A stretch of 64,000 bases of DNA from Octopus bimaculoides (Eukaryota): NCBI RefSeq assembly GCF_001194135.2, contig NC_068988.1, positions 3,805,245-3,869,244 of the forward strand, given 5' to 3'. The notes beneath the pieces were generated by a model. It did not search any database. It saw nothing but the letters and a program-made list of their open reading frames with translations, and was not told where the DNA came from. Shown in pieces: positions 25,827-38,810 of the stretch. How positions within the stretch are numbered: position 1 is the first letter of the stretch; every line of letters begins with the position of its first letter. A program made the position numbers and the translations under genes.

Positions 25827-26335
25827 TAACAACATACGAGATGAGGACACATATCCATGCAATGTAAATAATGTACATAATATCAGGTGTCTTGTTCCTG
25901 AATATGGTATATAACATCAGAATGGATTGAAATATGGAGGGCATATTTCTAAACTCAGTGTAGTAATGTCCTTGTCCCCTATTTCCCTGACACACGGATA
26001 TTTCATGGCATATTATTAGGTTATTAAGCTTATTTATCCCTAAAAGGAACCCTATTAAGCTGATGTCAGCTCTAGGTTTACCGATTTTTCAAAGTTTCCA
26101 CCGTGATTTTCAATCAATTATGAAAATCTGATTCCATAGCTGTAAAGGATTTCCTTTTTCATGCCATGTATATATATTCAGCCATTCCTGACTTAGATGT
26201 TTTTCCTCTCATTAAGGCATTTTTTTAACCTTTAAGGGCTTCACGGTTTTTGCTTGTTTGTTTGTTTGTTGGGTTTTTTTTTTTCTCTTATAAACCTTTT
26301 GCAAATGCATGGACTATTATAGATGCAGTTCTTAC

Positions 26336-26434
26336 GCTGCAGCTATTCCTGGATATGTTTAACATTGGTGAGGAATCTAAAAGTGTGACGTTACTTTTGA
26401 ACATAGTTCTGATGCTATTCAGGATGCATATTCT
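26336..26434 (-). CDS. Candidate internal exon RICILNSIRTMFKSNVTLLDSSPMLNISRNSCS
   Basis: Strong acceptor atttctatttttcttcag, donor C|GTAAGA, 99 nt, phase 0 to 0, single open frame. The adjacent long purine tract could supply the acceptor by chance. Confidence 0.33.
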
Positions 26435-26439
26435 CTGAA

Positions 26440-26815
26440 GAAAAATAGAAATAATAATAAGAAGAAGAAATGTGGAGAAAATGCAAGATAAAAAGAAGAA
26501 ATGAAGCCCAACAAATTGAAGAAGAGAAATAAAAAGGCCGTGCGAAAGTGTGAGAAGGAGAGATGGTAAGAAGGAGGATAAAGTAGATAAAAACAGAGGA
26601 AGGAATCATAATAGATGCATGAAAAATATAAACTAAATAAGTAAATAGGAGGCTAATGGAGGGAAACTAAAATCAAGAAAAAGAAAAAGTGAGAGACGAA
26701 GTTTTATAAAGAAGAATGAGATAAACAATAAGAAGAATACAATGAAACAAAAGAAGATAAAGAAGAAATGGAGTGGGGGAGGGGATGAAGAAATAATGGA
26801 AAGAATAGGTGAGAA
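26440..26815. repeat. Low-complexity A/G-rich (GAA-type) tract
   Basis: Strongly purine-biased on the plus strand. Confidence 0.85.
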
Positions 26816-27270
26816 TTAAAATTAAAGATGTTTCTCTTTCCACCCTCTGGTCGAGTTATAAATTACTTATTCCTAATTAAATTTGGTTAATTATCTTCAA
26901 AAATCAAGAACAAGTGATGGATATGTTGATTAAGATTTATATCAAACAACTCGCAATGTGTATATGTTGATATATTCTATACGAAATATTTCACAGTGTG
27001 TTAGTGTACTGTTCTATGTATTAAACGATTCAATACTCTAAGTATTGGAAATACAGATTAATGTGTGGGTATTATTTTCTTATTATGACTGAGATCAATT
27101 TCTCTTCTGAGTGTTGTGGAAGAAGGATTGTCTCCTATAAAGTTCATTCCTGAAACACAATACTTTACAAGACGCAGCATTGAATTTATGTTTTGAGTAG
27201 GAACTAAGACAGATTCTGAGACACTGATGTTTTAGTGACACACATATCCATTTTAATATAAAGGCACCAA

Positions 27271-27495
27271 TAAGGCGGGGGGGGGAGCTGGCAGAATCGT
27301 TAGCATGCCGGGTGAAATGCTTAGCAGTATTTCGTCAGTCTTTATGTTCTGGGTTCAAATTCCACTGAAGTCGACTTTGCCTTTCATCCTTTCGGGGTCA
27401 AGAAATTAAGTACCAGTTGCGTACTGGGGTTGATCTAATTGACTGGCCCCCTCCCCACAAATTTAGGGCCTTGTGCCTAGAGTAGAAAAGAATAT
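27271..27495 (+). mobile_element. Family A SINE, full length, tail type C (ccttgtgcctagagtagaaaaga)
   Basis: A-box gagctggcagaatcg, B-box gttctgggttcaaattcc, central gcctttcatcctttcggggtc...gtaccagt. Confidence 0.93.
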
Positions 27496-28399
27496 AGAGT
27501 CACCAATGGGAACCAGTTGTTATCTGCATTATACAGAGTGGTTATAAAGTCAGGTATTATTTTAATATAACTGGGAGGAATACAGAATGGTGTGTAGAAG
27601 TAATTACCTGGTGGTTCCAAGAAAACAAATACATTGAAATCAGAAATAAACTTGAAAGGAAATTGGAAGTTCAACAAAATAGGGTAGATGGGTAAGACAA
27701 AGGTAAATTACTGAATAAATTGAAATGAGTTGGTTCTAATGAAGGAAGAAGTATACATCCAAATATGTCAGATGGTATGATGAGTGCTGTGGATTAAATC
27801 ATTTAGGAAAATCCATGAATGACACTTTGTGCAGCAGCAGAATGTAGACTCAATCAACCAAAGACAAAGAACTTCTGAAAGTTCATTTGTGTAAAAACAA
27901 CAATCATTTGTAGGTTCTACACAATTTGTTGCGAGATAACTCTTGCTACACACTTCACCATATTCATCCTAAGGTGCCGCAAAAGGAAAAGAAAATTTTT
28001 TAATTGAAATAGTATCTGATAGTACCTGACTTTATGTCCATCCTGTATGTTGAAGAAAAACTTGTTATATTAAATGCTATTACAGTATCTAGTTTACTGC
28101 TTATCCCTGTTGAGCTCAAATATGATGGTGTACAGCATTTGTATACATTCATCGACAAGAAAGTAGCATCTGTACTGGCTGAGATTTGGGTTGGTTACCC
28201 TGGGTTGTTTTGTTTATCTTTTAATCATGAGAGAAAGCAGAACCAATGATCTGTCCGAGGGCTTCTGAAACTGGTGGCAGCTAGGGAGGAAAGTATCGTC
28301 AAACCCTCCCTGAAGGTTTTCAACAAAGGAGAATCTGCTAAAAACATCCAAGTTGCCATGTGGTGGTGTTGAACAAACAAGTTGAATTAAATAACCAAA

Positions 28400-28775
28400 G
28401 TAGGCCTGGGTGGGATTTGAACTCAGAACCAAAAGAGCCAGAATGAATATCACAAAACATTCTTTCTGGCATCCTTATAGTTCTGCTAGTCCTCTTCCAT
28501 GAAAAGGCGGCGAGCTGGCAGAAACGTTAGCAAGCCGAGCGAAATGCTTTGTGGCATTTCGTCTGTCTTTACGTTCTGAGTTCAAATTCCACTGAGGTCG
28601 ACTTTGCCTTTCATGCTTTGGGATCAATAAATTAAGTACCAGTTGGGGGCCCCTCCCCCCAAATTTCAGCCCTTGTGCCTAAAGTAGAAAAGTCCTCTAC
28701 CATGGATTAGCACTTTTTTATTGACCTCAAAAGGATGAAAGGCAAACTTGACTTAACTAGGATTTGAACTCAGAA
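28400..28775. mobile_element. Cluster of three family A SINEs (-, +, -)
   Basis: Minus fragment 28400-28497 is head-to-head with a plus copy at 28503-28692, followed by a minus fragment at 28716-28775. Confidence 0.85.
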
Positions 28776-29227
28776 AATCCGTCCGTTTGAAGCAACTATT
28801 TTCTTTCTTCTTATCTCATTTGTTACATTCAATAATCTTCAATCAGATGTTTTCATAGACGTCTTTAGTAACTTACTGTGTTTATTAGTGTTACAGGTAC
28901 AGCCTACCTTTAATATATACCAGTGGTTTTATTGTTACAATTAGCACAATTTATTCACATAACATTTCACTTCTCTCCTGTGATGTAGTGACCTTCTTTC
29001 TGAACCCACACTTTTGCACAACCTTCTTCATGAAGTAACTGTGAGCATCCAATGGATCTTACTCAGTCAATTTATTTTCAGTATTTTTAGAGCTCTGTGA
29101 TAGCATTAGATTAAAATACTGGAGTTATGAATGAAATAGAGCTTTTCAAGTTCAATCCAATATCAAGCAAAGAAATATAATAACTATGGCACTAGATAAG
29201 GGGAAACAACAGTTTAGAAATGTTGGA

Positions 29228-29258
<31 letters not shown>

Positions 29259-29949
29259 TGCACACACACTCGTGCACACGACACACAAATAAAATGAAAT
29301 GGTCTGGGAATTTTCCCATCAACGAAATTTATATTACATAAATTTCCCAAAATTCTTATCATCAATCAAGTTGTTATTAATGTAACAATTCCATTGTATT
29401 ACTGAATGAAGAGGAAGTGAAGGGGAACCAGTTTTATATACAATATAAACACATATAATGGAACTCAACATGGCAGTTTGACTCTCAGATATTCTTAGAA
29501 TATATTCTTAAATATGTATTCAACAATCCATCAATTTTACCTTCAATGTAAAAAAAAAACAAAAAGAAAACATTCACAAAAGATATATTCCATTTGTGTA
29601 TGAAATTTTTCATATACATGAATGACTGTACAGCCATCTTTGCATGACACCAACATTATCTATCTATCTATCCGTTTAGCTATCTGTTTGTCTGCATACG
29701 TATATACACACATATATATGTATATAATTAAAGTGAGGAAAGATAACAGCGAATTGACAATATCTTAACTGAGTATATCAGAGCAAAAACAATGATTTGG
29801 GAGTTCATCTTTTTATTTTACTGGATTCATTATAAGTCAAGAAGGGAGCTTCTACATGGTTGATCCATATCCTAGAAATAGCAACACCTCCCTTAAACCA
29901 CACTCTAATGTCTTTAGAGATAGAATGATACTATATATATATATATATA

Positions 29950-30190
29950 CAGGGTGCAGTGACTAATCCTTGCCTTCAGTTCATTTTTGCTGTTACAAGG
30001 AGTTTTGTTGGTCTCTTGCTCAGCTGCGGCTCACACATAATAACCAAGGTGGTGTAGTCTGGGGAGTTAGGTAGCCAAATGTTAGGGGTGATGTGGTTGC
30101 AGAAATTATCTGACAGCCATGACTGGGTTCTCCTGCTTGTGTGGCATGGTGCAGAGTCCTGTTGCCAGGCATAGGGTCTTCCAGCAGTGG
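29950..30190 (-). mobile_element. Tc1/mariner (maT/DD37D-like) transposase 3' fragment with right TIR
   Basis: GRPYAWQQDSAPCHTSRRTQSWLSDNFCNHITPNIWLPNSPD (QQD-AP-H and W-PNSPD motifs). Terminus TA|CAGGGTG at 29948-29956. Confidence 0.9.
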
Positions 30191-32864
30191 AAATCATTTA
30201 CAACAATCAAATGATATCAAGGCTAAGAAACAGTGAAACACACACACAGACACACATGTGCATGCATACACATATGCACACATATATCCATTGGTGGGCA
30301 ACAAGTCAAAGAAGAATTACCCAACACATCCTCTTGCAAGCTACTACAATGGTTCAATGGTTCAATGAAGGGTGATACTTATACTCAGACAAGTAGACTA
30401 AACCAAGGTAATAAGCATTTACACAGCAGCTGTGGCACCACTTACATATTTTACAGCATACAAGTTGATGCTGAATAAAGTGTAAACATGTTGTATTAAC
30501 ATTTTAACATCGTTACTATCTTTCCAAATCTTGCAGCACTTCACATGAAATTATAGGTCCTCCAAGATGACAATGCAGTCCGATGAGATCTTGGTGTCTA
30601 AGTCAACCTACTTTGTTTTGCCGTAAATCTTGGTCCGAAAAATTCCGACTTGAATACTAGAAAATACAGTATATAATTTTAAAAACTTCAGAGCTTTATC
30701 AACAAAGCTACAGAGCAACTGATGGCGAGACAAATAAAGTGGGTTACATTACATTATTATTTCCTATATTATTAAGTTCAAGTCCTCTGGATTAGATTTT
30801 ATTTCATGTTTGGGCAAGGCTCATAATTCTAAGTGCTTCAGTTGACTTGAAGATCAACAAAATGTAACAAACTTTGGAGAATATTATCCATAATAGACAA
30901 GTGTATTATCCAAAGTGAGATTCATCAACCACTATCCACTTAAAAACATGAAACCAAAACTAAATACCAACACTTGTAAACCCCGTCCCCACTCCAGAGG
31001 ATTTGGAAAATATTTGTTTTTACATTAGTTTTACGTGTGTAAAACATGACGAAATCAAAACCCATTTATGCTTCTTGTATACACTGAAAGACGCTTGTTA
31101 ATAATAGAGAAATCAATATATCTCTATACACACAAGCTAAAATGAAAGCTTAGTCAGAACATAAGAAGATTTAACCACAGATATTTGTTTATTTGCCATG
31201 TTAGAGTTGTTCAGAAAATATCAGGAAAGAAAACTAAGAAAGATGGATGGCAGTTGACACTTTAAAATCACACTCTACAAACAACACTTCCTCAGTTCTA
31301 ACTGCAAAAGTGACCGACTGAGGAGTGAAACTTTACGGTAAAAGGTAATTTGTCAAAGTTATTCTCCAGATAAATCTCAAAGGAATTGTAGACTAGAAGG
31401 ATGTTTAAAAATAATCACAATGCCTGTCTATTGTCTGATTTCAGTTTTGGTCTTTGCTTTTTTTTTTTTTTTTTCACCATTACAAATAGCATTACTTCCT
31501 AATCAGTGGCAAAACATACTTAGAATCAGTCAATCACACTGGGGCAGCAGCAGCAGATGGCAGCAAGTGATTTCTTTTGCAATGTTTGTGTAGATTGTAT
31601 ATATATATACCCACATGTACTCATACAAACATGCTACATACTTAAATATATGCAAACATATACATATATATATATATAAGTAAACATACACATATATACA
31701 CATACATATATTTAAATGTGGTGCTCAAGCATGGCCTCAAATGTAATGATTAGAATTAACATAAAGCACATACAGATACATATATGCTTACACATACATC
31801 TCTCGACACACACAAACAAAGAACAATTTGCATTGGCTTACGCAAACAATAACACACGCACACACACACACACACACGTGCACACACACACACACACACA
31901 CACACAATCATATACATATGAAAGAAGCTAAGACTGAGCAGTGAATTAGATTGGGAAGGAATTACAAACAAAACTCAGAATGAAGTATTTTCTTTTTACT
32001 TGTGAGAAATTTTGGGAAGAGCATCCTTTACTTTTAATCCACTGAAGATTCTTTTGTCTACGATTCTTGACAAAATAGCATATCAACAAGAGAGAGCACT
32101 ACAAGAGCCATGGCATCTAACCATTATGATAATGATGGTGATGATCTTTGTGTGTGTGTCTAAGTTCATTTATTTACACTGATGCCAGCAAGTTAGCTGT
32201 GGCCACACTGGAGCAATACCGTCAACATTGCTGTTGTTTTTACTATATGTTTCGTATTTAATGTGGCTCTTGTTGTTCTCTCCTTTGTTGTCATGCCACT
32301 TCATGAAGGATCTTACACAGTAGAATGTCCAAGGGTCCTTTGGAATTATTGCTTCCTTACTTATTCACCAAATATTTGTGAAAAAAAAGATGTTCATCCA
32401 TTGAATTCAAAGCTATTACTTAATTCAGTCTAGAGATTGTGGGATGTTTAGCGTTATAAAATGGCGGCCAAACCTGAGATTAGCCTGTTTTTTAATGATA
32501 ACGTTTAGCTTAAGTCCCTCTCTAAGATCTTCAAGATATAAGTTATTAAAAATTTCTTTGTTTTTTAATGTTGTAATTAGAATCTTAAAGTTTTCTCAAA
32601 TAGCTCAGTTATAGAATATAGATAACCTGCTTCATCTAAGGTCGTTGCATAGACTCTTGTTCAGCTTTGTCACTGACAATCTTGGAAGACCAAAGCCCAG
32701 AGCTATAAAGCCAGATGACTGAAAAACATGTCTCATCCACAAAACAATTATAATGTCTTGCTCTATTTTCCTAAATGGTCTCAGGGTCCATTCCCTGAGT
32801 CTACCCACTAATGGCACTCTACTGGTTATGATGACGCCTGCACCAAATGATCCAAAACATAGAA

Positions 32865-32975
32865 CAGCCATGAATTTAATGTGGAAGTGGCTGAGCACTC
32901 CACAAACACATCTACCCTTAAACGTGGTTCTCAGGGAGATTCAGCATGACAGGGGATGTGACAAGGCTGCCCCCC
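32865..32975 (-). mobile_element. Fragment of the 4725-type SINE tail
   Basis: gtggctgagcactccacaaacac...gagattcagcatgaca. Confidence 0.8.
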
Positions 32976-33287
32976 CCCCTTTCAGTAACCGGTATTGCTA
33001 TCTGAATTACATGAATTAACTGATTCCAGCTCTAGACATCCTAATCCTAACTGGCAGCTCTCTGTATTCAGATCTCAGTTAAGAATGTTACAAAGTTAAT
33101 AACAAAATGGTTGGTACAAAGGTATCTCTGTAGATTGTTGACAATATCAGTACTCATAATTGCTAACTGTTAATTAGTTATCAATCGTAATATAATTACA
33201 GTAATTACAGTTCTCCAAGGCACTAAAGGGTACTATTGCCAACAACAGCATGATTTTTTTTCTGTCCCTAAGAAAGACACAAAATAC

Positions 33288-33449
33288 CTCTTCCAATTTT
33301 CTACACTGATATTGTGTATCATGTATCAATATGTAAAAATCAACTTTGTTAAAAGTTTTCTTCCACTGGTTGAGTGGCCACTTCAGTATTTTTTCACAAT
33401 GCTGAAAAATCTGAAGCAACTGGTTACCATTCCAGAACAGCTTAGTAAA
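33288..33449 (-). CDS. Candidate exon or relic ORF FTKLFWNGNQLLQIFQHCEKILKWPLNQWKKTFNKVDFYILIHDTQYQCRKLEE
   Basis: Acceptor cattgttttag, donor GAG|GTATTT, 162 nt, phase 0 to 0. Could instead be a decayed transposon ORF. Confidence 0.3.
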
Positions 33450-35726
33450 CTAAAACAATGTAGAATTAGAATCCCTAAGAAAATTCTTCAGCTTTAGATC
33501 TGTAGAATTTATGAGAGAAGTAAGTGGCAGTGCTGCAATCAGAAATAAGAGTTTGGTAATGAAATCTGGCAATGACAAAACATTTACGAACTGCTTAAAA
33601 CTTTATCAAGCAGTTAGGGAGAAAAGAATTTGTTTGCAATGCTATCTATGGAAAGAAAATAGGCTTATCCTATTAACAACATGCAATAATGTTATTACCA
33701 CAAAGAGTAATTCAGAACCATTTTGCAGATATTAGCTGTATTGTCCTAGCATAATTTGTTTACGAAACATTTGTTGCTCTCTGGAAGACTGTAGTGAATA
33801 AAGAAACACTTCAGAACAATGCCATCTATAATGTGATTGTTTCTCTCACTATAATTAACTGTAAAAAGCACATCTGCAGTCACAGGTAAATCACAAATAT
33901 TTTGAACAATTTGCTGTTTTTAACAACTCAAACAAATTATAATCTCACCGGTTTATAAAGAAGTTGATGAGATAGCATGGTTAAATATTAAAACAGTTGG
34001 ATACTTTGACAAGGGTGTTAGAAAAGTATTAAGATTCATGCAGAAAATATATTAGATGAGGATTTAGGGAATAAGAGAGAAGCACTGAAAGTGGATGCGA
34101 GACACAGCAAGACAGCATTGTTATGAACTGTGAGCATTAAAGCAAAAAAATATAAATAATTAAAGAAAGAGAAATATTTCCTTTTAAATGGAAAAATACA
34201 AGAAAACAGATTGCTGAAAAGGGACCAAATTGTATTTTCTGGCAATTTAGTCATCAACTGATTGGTTTATGTTAGTCCCCCACATTTAAAAAAAATTTGT
34301 TTGGTTTCTGTCGATTGTTATGAGAAATAAGCTGCTCTGTAGAATGTTATTAATGACAAAGTGTTTATATATCTCTATGCATTGTTTTTGTTTGTTGAGC
34401 ATTGAAGTGTATTTAGATATTAGTATTGATTCCATTGCTAGACGTCAACTGTGAGACGGTCTGTAGAGAATAGTTGAACATGAAGACTTGCCTATCAATA
34501 AGTGTTACTACATATTGTGTTTTGTCAAATAATGTGTGCTGCTGCTGCTGTTGCTGCTGCAGAAACTTGTAGATGGCAATTTGAAAATCACATTCTACCC
34601 CATCATTCAAAGTCTAGAAATATAGTCATGTAAGTTTGAATTATGAAAATGCTCTTAGTTTAATGTGGATGTGCTTCGCATACATAATACAAAATAATAA
34701 TATTACTTGCAAGTAAACATGAACAAATAAAATAAATAACAATTGAAGGAGATACATTTCTTAGTATGACGTCTGAAACAAAAAAAAATAAATTGGTGTT
34801 TCTCATTCATTGTGTGTGTATGTATGTAAACAGACAGCAGACAGACAGACAGATAGATAGATAGATAGATATTTGTGTATATATGTTTTTGTGTGTGCGT
34901 TCATGTTTGTGTAAGATAACAATAAAGGGAGAAAATATATTAAGGCAATATGACTCGCCCCAGACACAACAAAATATAAATATATAGCTATCGTTTTGAA
35001 ATATATATGTATAACTAAAGACAAATACATGAAAATATGAATGATATATTGGTCAATGCCCAAATGCCCTCAGTGATGCTGTCCCCAATACAAAAATAAG
35101 ATAAAAATCATTACAGCAGCAGAGAGTTTAAATTGAATCCCTCAGAAATGATGATCATCCAACACCTTAACTAATTAACTATTCCACTTTTATTATTTGC
35201 ATATTTCACATTTATTTGGAGAAACTCATTTATTTCTCATTGTTTGTTATTTCTAATCATTTTAGTTATTCAAATAAAGAAATGTTTTATCCTTCAATAT
35301 TCTGAGATGAACAACAATTCTATATCCCCCATCAAGTAGAAAGATCATTGTGAAAGATATTTGACAATCATTTTTATGTGTTACCATATTCTAGTAAACT
35401 GATGCCATCAAAGCTGGAGACTATTTCAATGTTTGTTCTTTGATCATTTTCTCATTTTCAGTGTCCTTTAAGTTAATTTGTCTTTCATTTATAAACCTTT
35501 CATTTTTTTTCTGTTGATGCCTTCCAGGGCAGAAACTATTTTCTGTTTTCTCTCCATTGAGAAGATCCAAATTATGGAGACTGAATAAGTGCTTTTTATT
35601 TCTTTTACTAGTTTTCAGTTATTGAACTGTGGCCATGCTGGAACACAGTTGAAGGATTTTTGTTAAACATAAATCACCCCAGTCATTGTTGTAATTATGA
35701 GTTTGATTAGGAATTATTTAATTTGT

Positions 35727-36054
35727 GAAGGCACATGGCTCAATGGTCAGAGCATCAAGCTTACAATCGTGAGTTTGATTCCTGGACTGGGCCGCATATT
35801 GTGTTCTTGAGCAAGACACTTTATTTCACGTTGCTCCAGTTAACTCAGTTGTAGAAATGAGTTGCGACATCACTAGTGCCAAGCTGTATCGGCCCCTTTG
35901 CCTTTCCCTTGGATAACATCAGTGGTGTGGAGAGGGGAGGCTGGTATGCATGCGTGACTGCTGGTCTTCCATAAACAACCTTGCCCGGACTTGTGCCTCG
36001 GAGGGTAACTTTATAGGTGCAATCCCATAGTCATTCATGACCAAAGGGGGTCTC
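35727..36054 (+). mobile_element. Near full-length tRNA/CORE-like SINE
   Basis: ggcacatggctcaatggtcagagc (A-box), gtttgattcc (B-box), gtgttcttgagcaagacactttatttcacgttgctccagt (CORE-like domain), ~330 bp. Confidence 0.9.
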
Positions 36055-37334
36055 CTATTTAATTCAATTTTGATTATGAATTATTCAATGTCTAAGATTC
36101 TAAGACATACTTTATTTTGTATATAGTCATTTTGAAAATCTTTCTTGAAATGTTATGTAGTGACTAACTCCTATTGCAGATAACATTAACTATGGAATTC
36201 TCATTCTGTACAAACCAACTACATAAAAGTATTTGCAATGTTATTATCAACCCGAATATGCTTGATGCCCATTTGATCTGGGGAACAAGCCACTCGCTGC
36301 ATTTTGTCATGGAGAATATGTCTCACTTGTTCACAAATGGTGTGTATACACCCTGATCAGTTCACAGTGCTATCTACCCAGAGTGTCAGATGCTAGTATT
36401 TTGGAGTAGTTATCTTCTCATCAGTCACAGACACTAGACAGATGACACTATGAGCTTTTCCAGTCACCATGCAATGACTGGTAGCACTATACATAAAAGA
36501 AGTACAAATGCAACCCTTGAAAGGGCCTTAGCATTGCCAACAACAGGCATTATTCTGAAGTTTCAATGAGATGAGCTTCAAATAAACAGTTTGGACGAAA
36601 AGAATTTTTTAAATTGTTTAAAAAGAAAACAAGAAAAAGGCAAAATATTTGCAAGGATATACTTAGATATACTTAGAAATGGATGGTTTAATTATAATGG
36701 AAGTGTTAGGATGGAAGGACTGGTGCATTTAGCTATATAGGATCAGAACTGAAGGCCAGAGAAATAGGAAATAAAATTCTGAAGCCAGTCATTCATAAGA
36801 ATTTCTAAAACAGGGTTTCTTTGAGGGAAGGGGTCTTTTTTCCTCTTATGATGAAATTTGTTAAGAGGTAAACAAGTTGTTTTCATCTTGTAACTTCCAT
36901 ATTTTCTGTGTCATTAATTCTGTGTGTCATAAAGACATATTACTAAAGAAAAGAACAAGCTGTTGATATAATGAGACTGACCATCATTGGACTAACATTA
37001 TTGAATTATTATTGCTAGTAAATTATGTTTGAGATTTGCTGACAATAAAAATTCTTTTATTTAATGTATAGACGTATAATTTTCTGTGACATGGTCCATA
37101 GTTGTGTTGCAGTTCTGTGTCAGGAATTTGGTTTTGAGAGTTGATAGTATTATTTTGTGTATTTCATAATTAGGGAAACATTATTATCTTTTTTCACAGA
37201 CTACTTTTAACATCATCCCAACTGTAATTTGGCTTGTAATTAAGCAGTTCTTTTCACTGATTGGTGCCCTACTTATGGCCAGATTTGGTGTGGATTTTTT
37301 AACTACATTACAAAAATAGCAACTGTCACCATCC

Positions 37335-37532
37335 TTAAACTTACCAGCCCCATTGAAACTGCCCCTGGTTAAACCTCCTGTTTTAAAGTGATCTAAATTG
37401 AAACCTTCATGATATTGTTCCAAGCACCAGCTTAATAATGACAAAGTTATTTTGCTAAATTCTACATTATTTTCAAAATCAATTGAAACCAAAACGGTGT
37501 ATTTCACTAGAATATGGTAACAAAATGGTTAA
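37335..37532 (+). mobile_element. TTAA-flanked MITE (piggyBac-like ends)
   Basis: Ends with atggtaacaaaatggTTAA. Body is shared with 9678 and 56807. Confidence 0.78.
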
Positions 37533-37990
37533 TATTCTTCAAAATCTTGACCTCAATAAATTCAATGCAAATAACACCCAACCCAATTCTTCAACACAAT
37601 TGACTACTCCTTACCTTCCCTCACTTTCATCAGCCCCATAACCTTATTTCCCAGAATTTAGCTCCAAAATAATACAACATTGTCTCTTCTCTTTCTGAAA
37701 GGAATCCTCCTTGGAATTTACTCAATAATTAAAATTAAAAATTCCATTTTTATAAAAACATTAAAAAGATTTTGATTACTTCTGGTTGAATAAGGCATTA
37801 AAATAATCTTGAAGAGCCAGTCAAAGCTAAAATAAATGGACTCCAGCATTAATGCTGATCATCTCCTTCCATCGGTAAATAGTCTGTTGTGATTTTTAAA
37901 AATTCCTTCATATTATTAACAACCAAAAAATTAATACTTGCGTGTGTGTGTATGAGCGTGTGCGTGAGTTTGTGTCTGTATCTGTATGTC

Positions 37991-38031
<41 letters not shown>

Positions 38032-38114
38032 ATGTGTCTGTATCTCTATGTCTGTGTGTATATGTTTGTGTGTGTTTGTGTGCAAGTGCATGTATGTGTG
38101 TGTGTTTGTGTGCG

Positions 38115-38333
38115 TCCTTGATTTTACTGTAAACGATAGTTGTAATCAAGTGTCAATGTCTTAAGAGTAACGTCATCCATTTTCAATCTTCTGTGAAAAC
38201 ATATCTGGTCGTGAGAAACTATTACTCTCCTTGGAAACAGGTGAAGGTTGGTGACAGGATGGACACCCAACCAACGAATTACATCTGACACATGCAAGCA
38301 TGAAAGAGTGGACATTATAGTGATAAGGATGAT
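38115..38333 (+). mobile_element. Family D SINE-like repeat after a (GT)n-rich tract
   Basis: Reverse complement of 590-810, with a GAT-type tail. Confidence 0.72.
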
Positions 38334-38400
38334 TATATATATATATATATACATGTATTATATAGTATATATAATATTATGTATTATATAGTATATTCTA

Positions 38401-38810
38401 TACTGGGTCTGATTAATAAGTATCCGGACTGTTGCCATAGTAATGAAGCTAAAGCATGCAGAGTAAATCCACTTGGCACAGACTGACCTTGAACTCTGCT
38501 GTGCACGTACACAAAGTTTTAACGTTCTAGCCCAGTTCCACTGCTTACTGTAGTGCTTGGAAGGAAGGTGAGTAGTGTGTGATTGTCGCATTGACCATGA
38601 CAGAGAAAGTTGTCATAGCAATACCTGCCCAGAGGCCGATGCAATGTTTCAGAAAGTGTTTGGATAGGAACGTATGAGCCAGACACAAGTGTTCAAATGG
38701 TTCAGATGTTTTCAAGATGGCCAAAAACATGTCGATATTGACGCACATCGTGGGAGACCTGCAAGCAGCAGAACTGAGAAAAACATCACAGATGTGCAAG
38801 CAGCTGCATG
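38401..38810 (+). mobile_element. Second mariner relic: left TIR plus transposase N-terminus
   Basis: TA|ctgggtctgattaataagtatccggact. MTEKV / deletion / CPEADAMFQKVFG*ERMSQTQVFKWFRCFQDGQKHVDIDAHRGRPASSRTEKNI (HTH plus GRP motif). Confidence 0.9.

Larger units (their letters stand above)
25068..25881. mobile_element. Fold-back (head-to-head inverted) Penelope-like-derived element
   Basis: Arms 25068-25419 and 25451-25881 are reverse complements, with a central hairpin at 25428-25450. Each arm holds a tRNA-like cassette and a hammerhead-like motif. Confidence 0.75.

Noticed and set aside
30377-30670. Possible Tc2/pogo-type MITE remnant (cgacttgaatactagaaaatacagta end)
   Set aside because: Only one terminus is weakly recognisable and I could not confirm a matching TIR.
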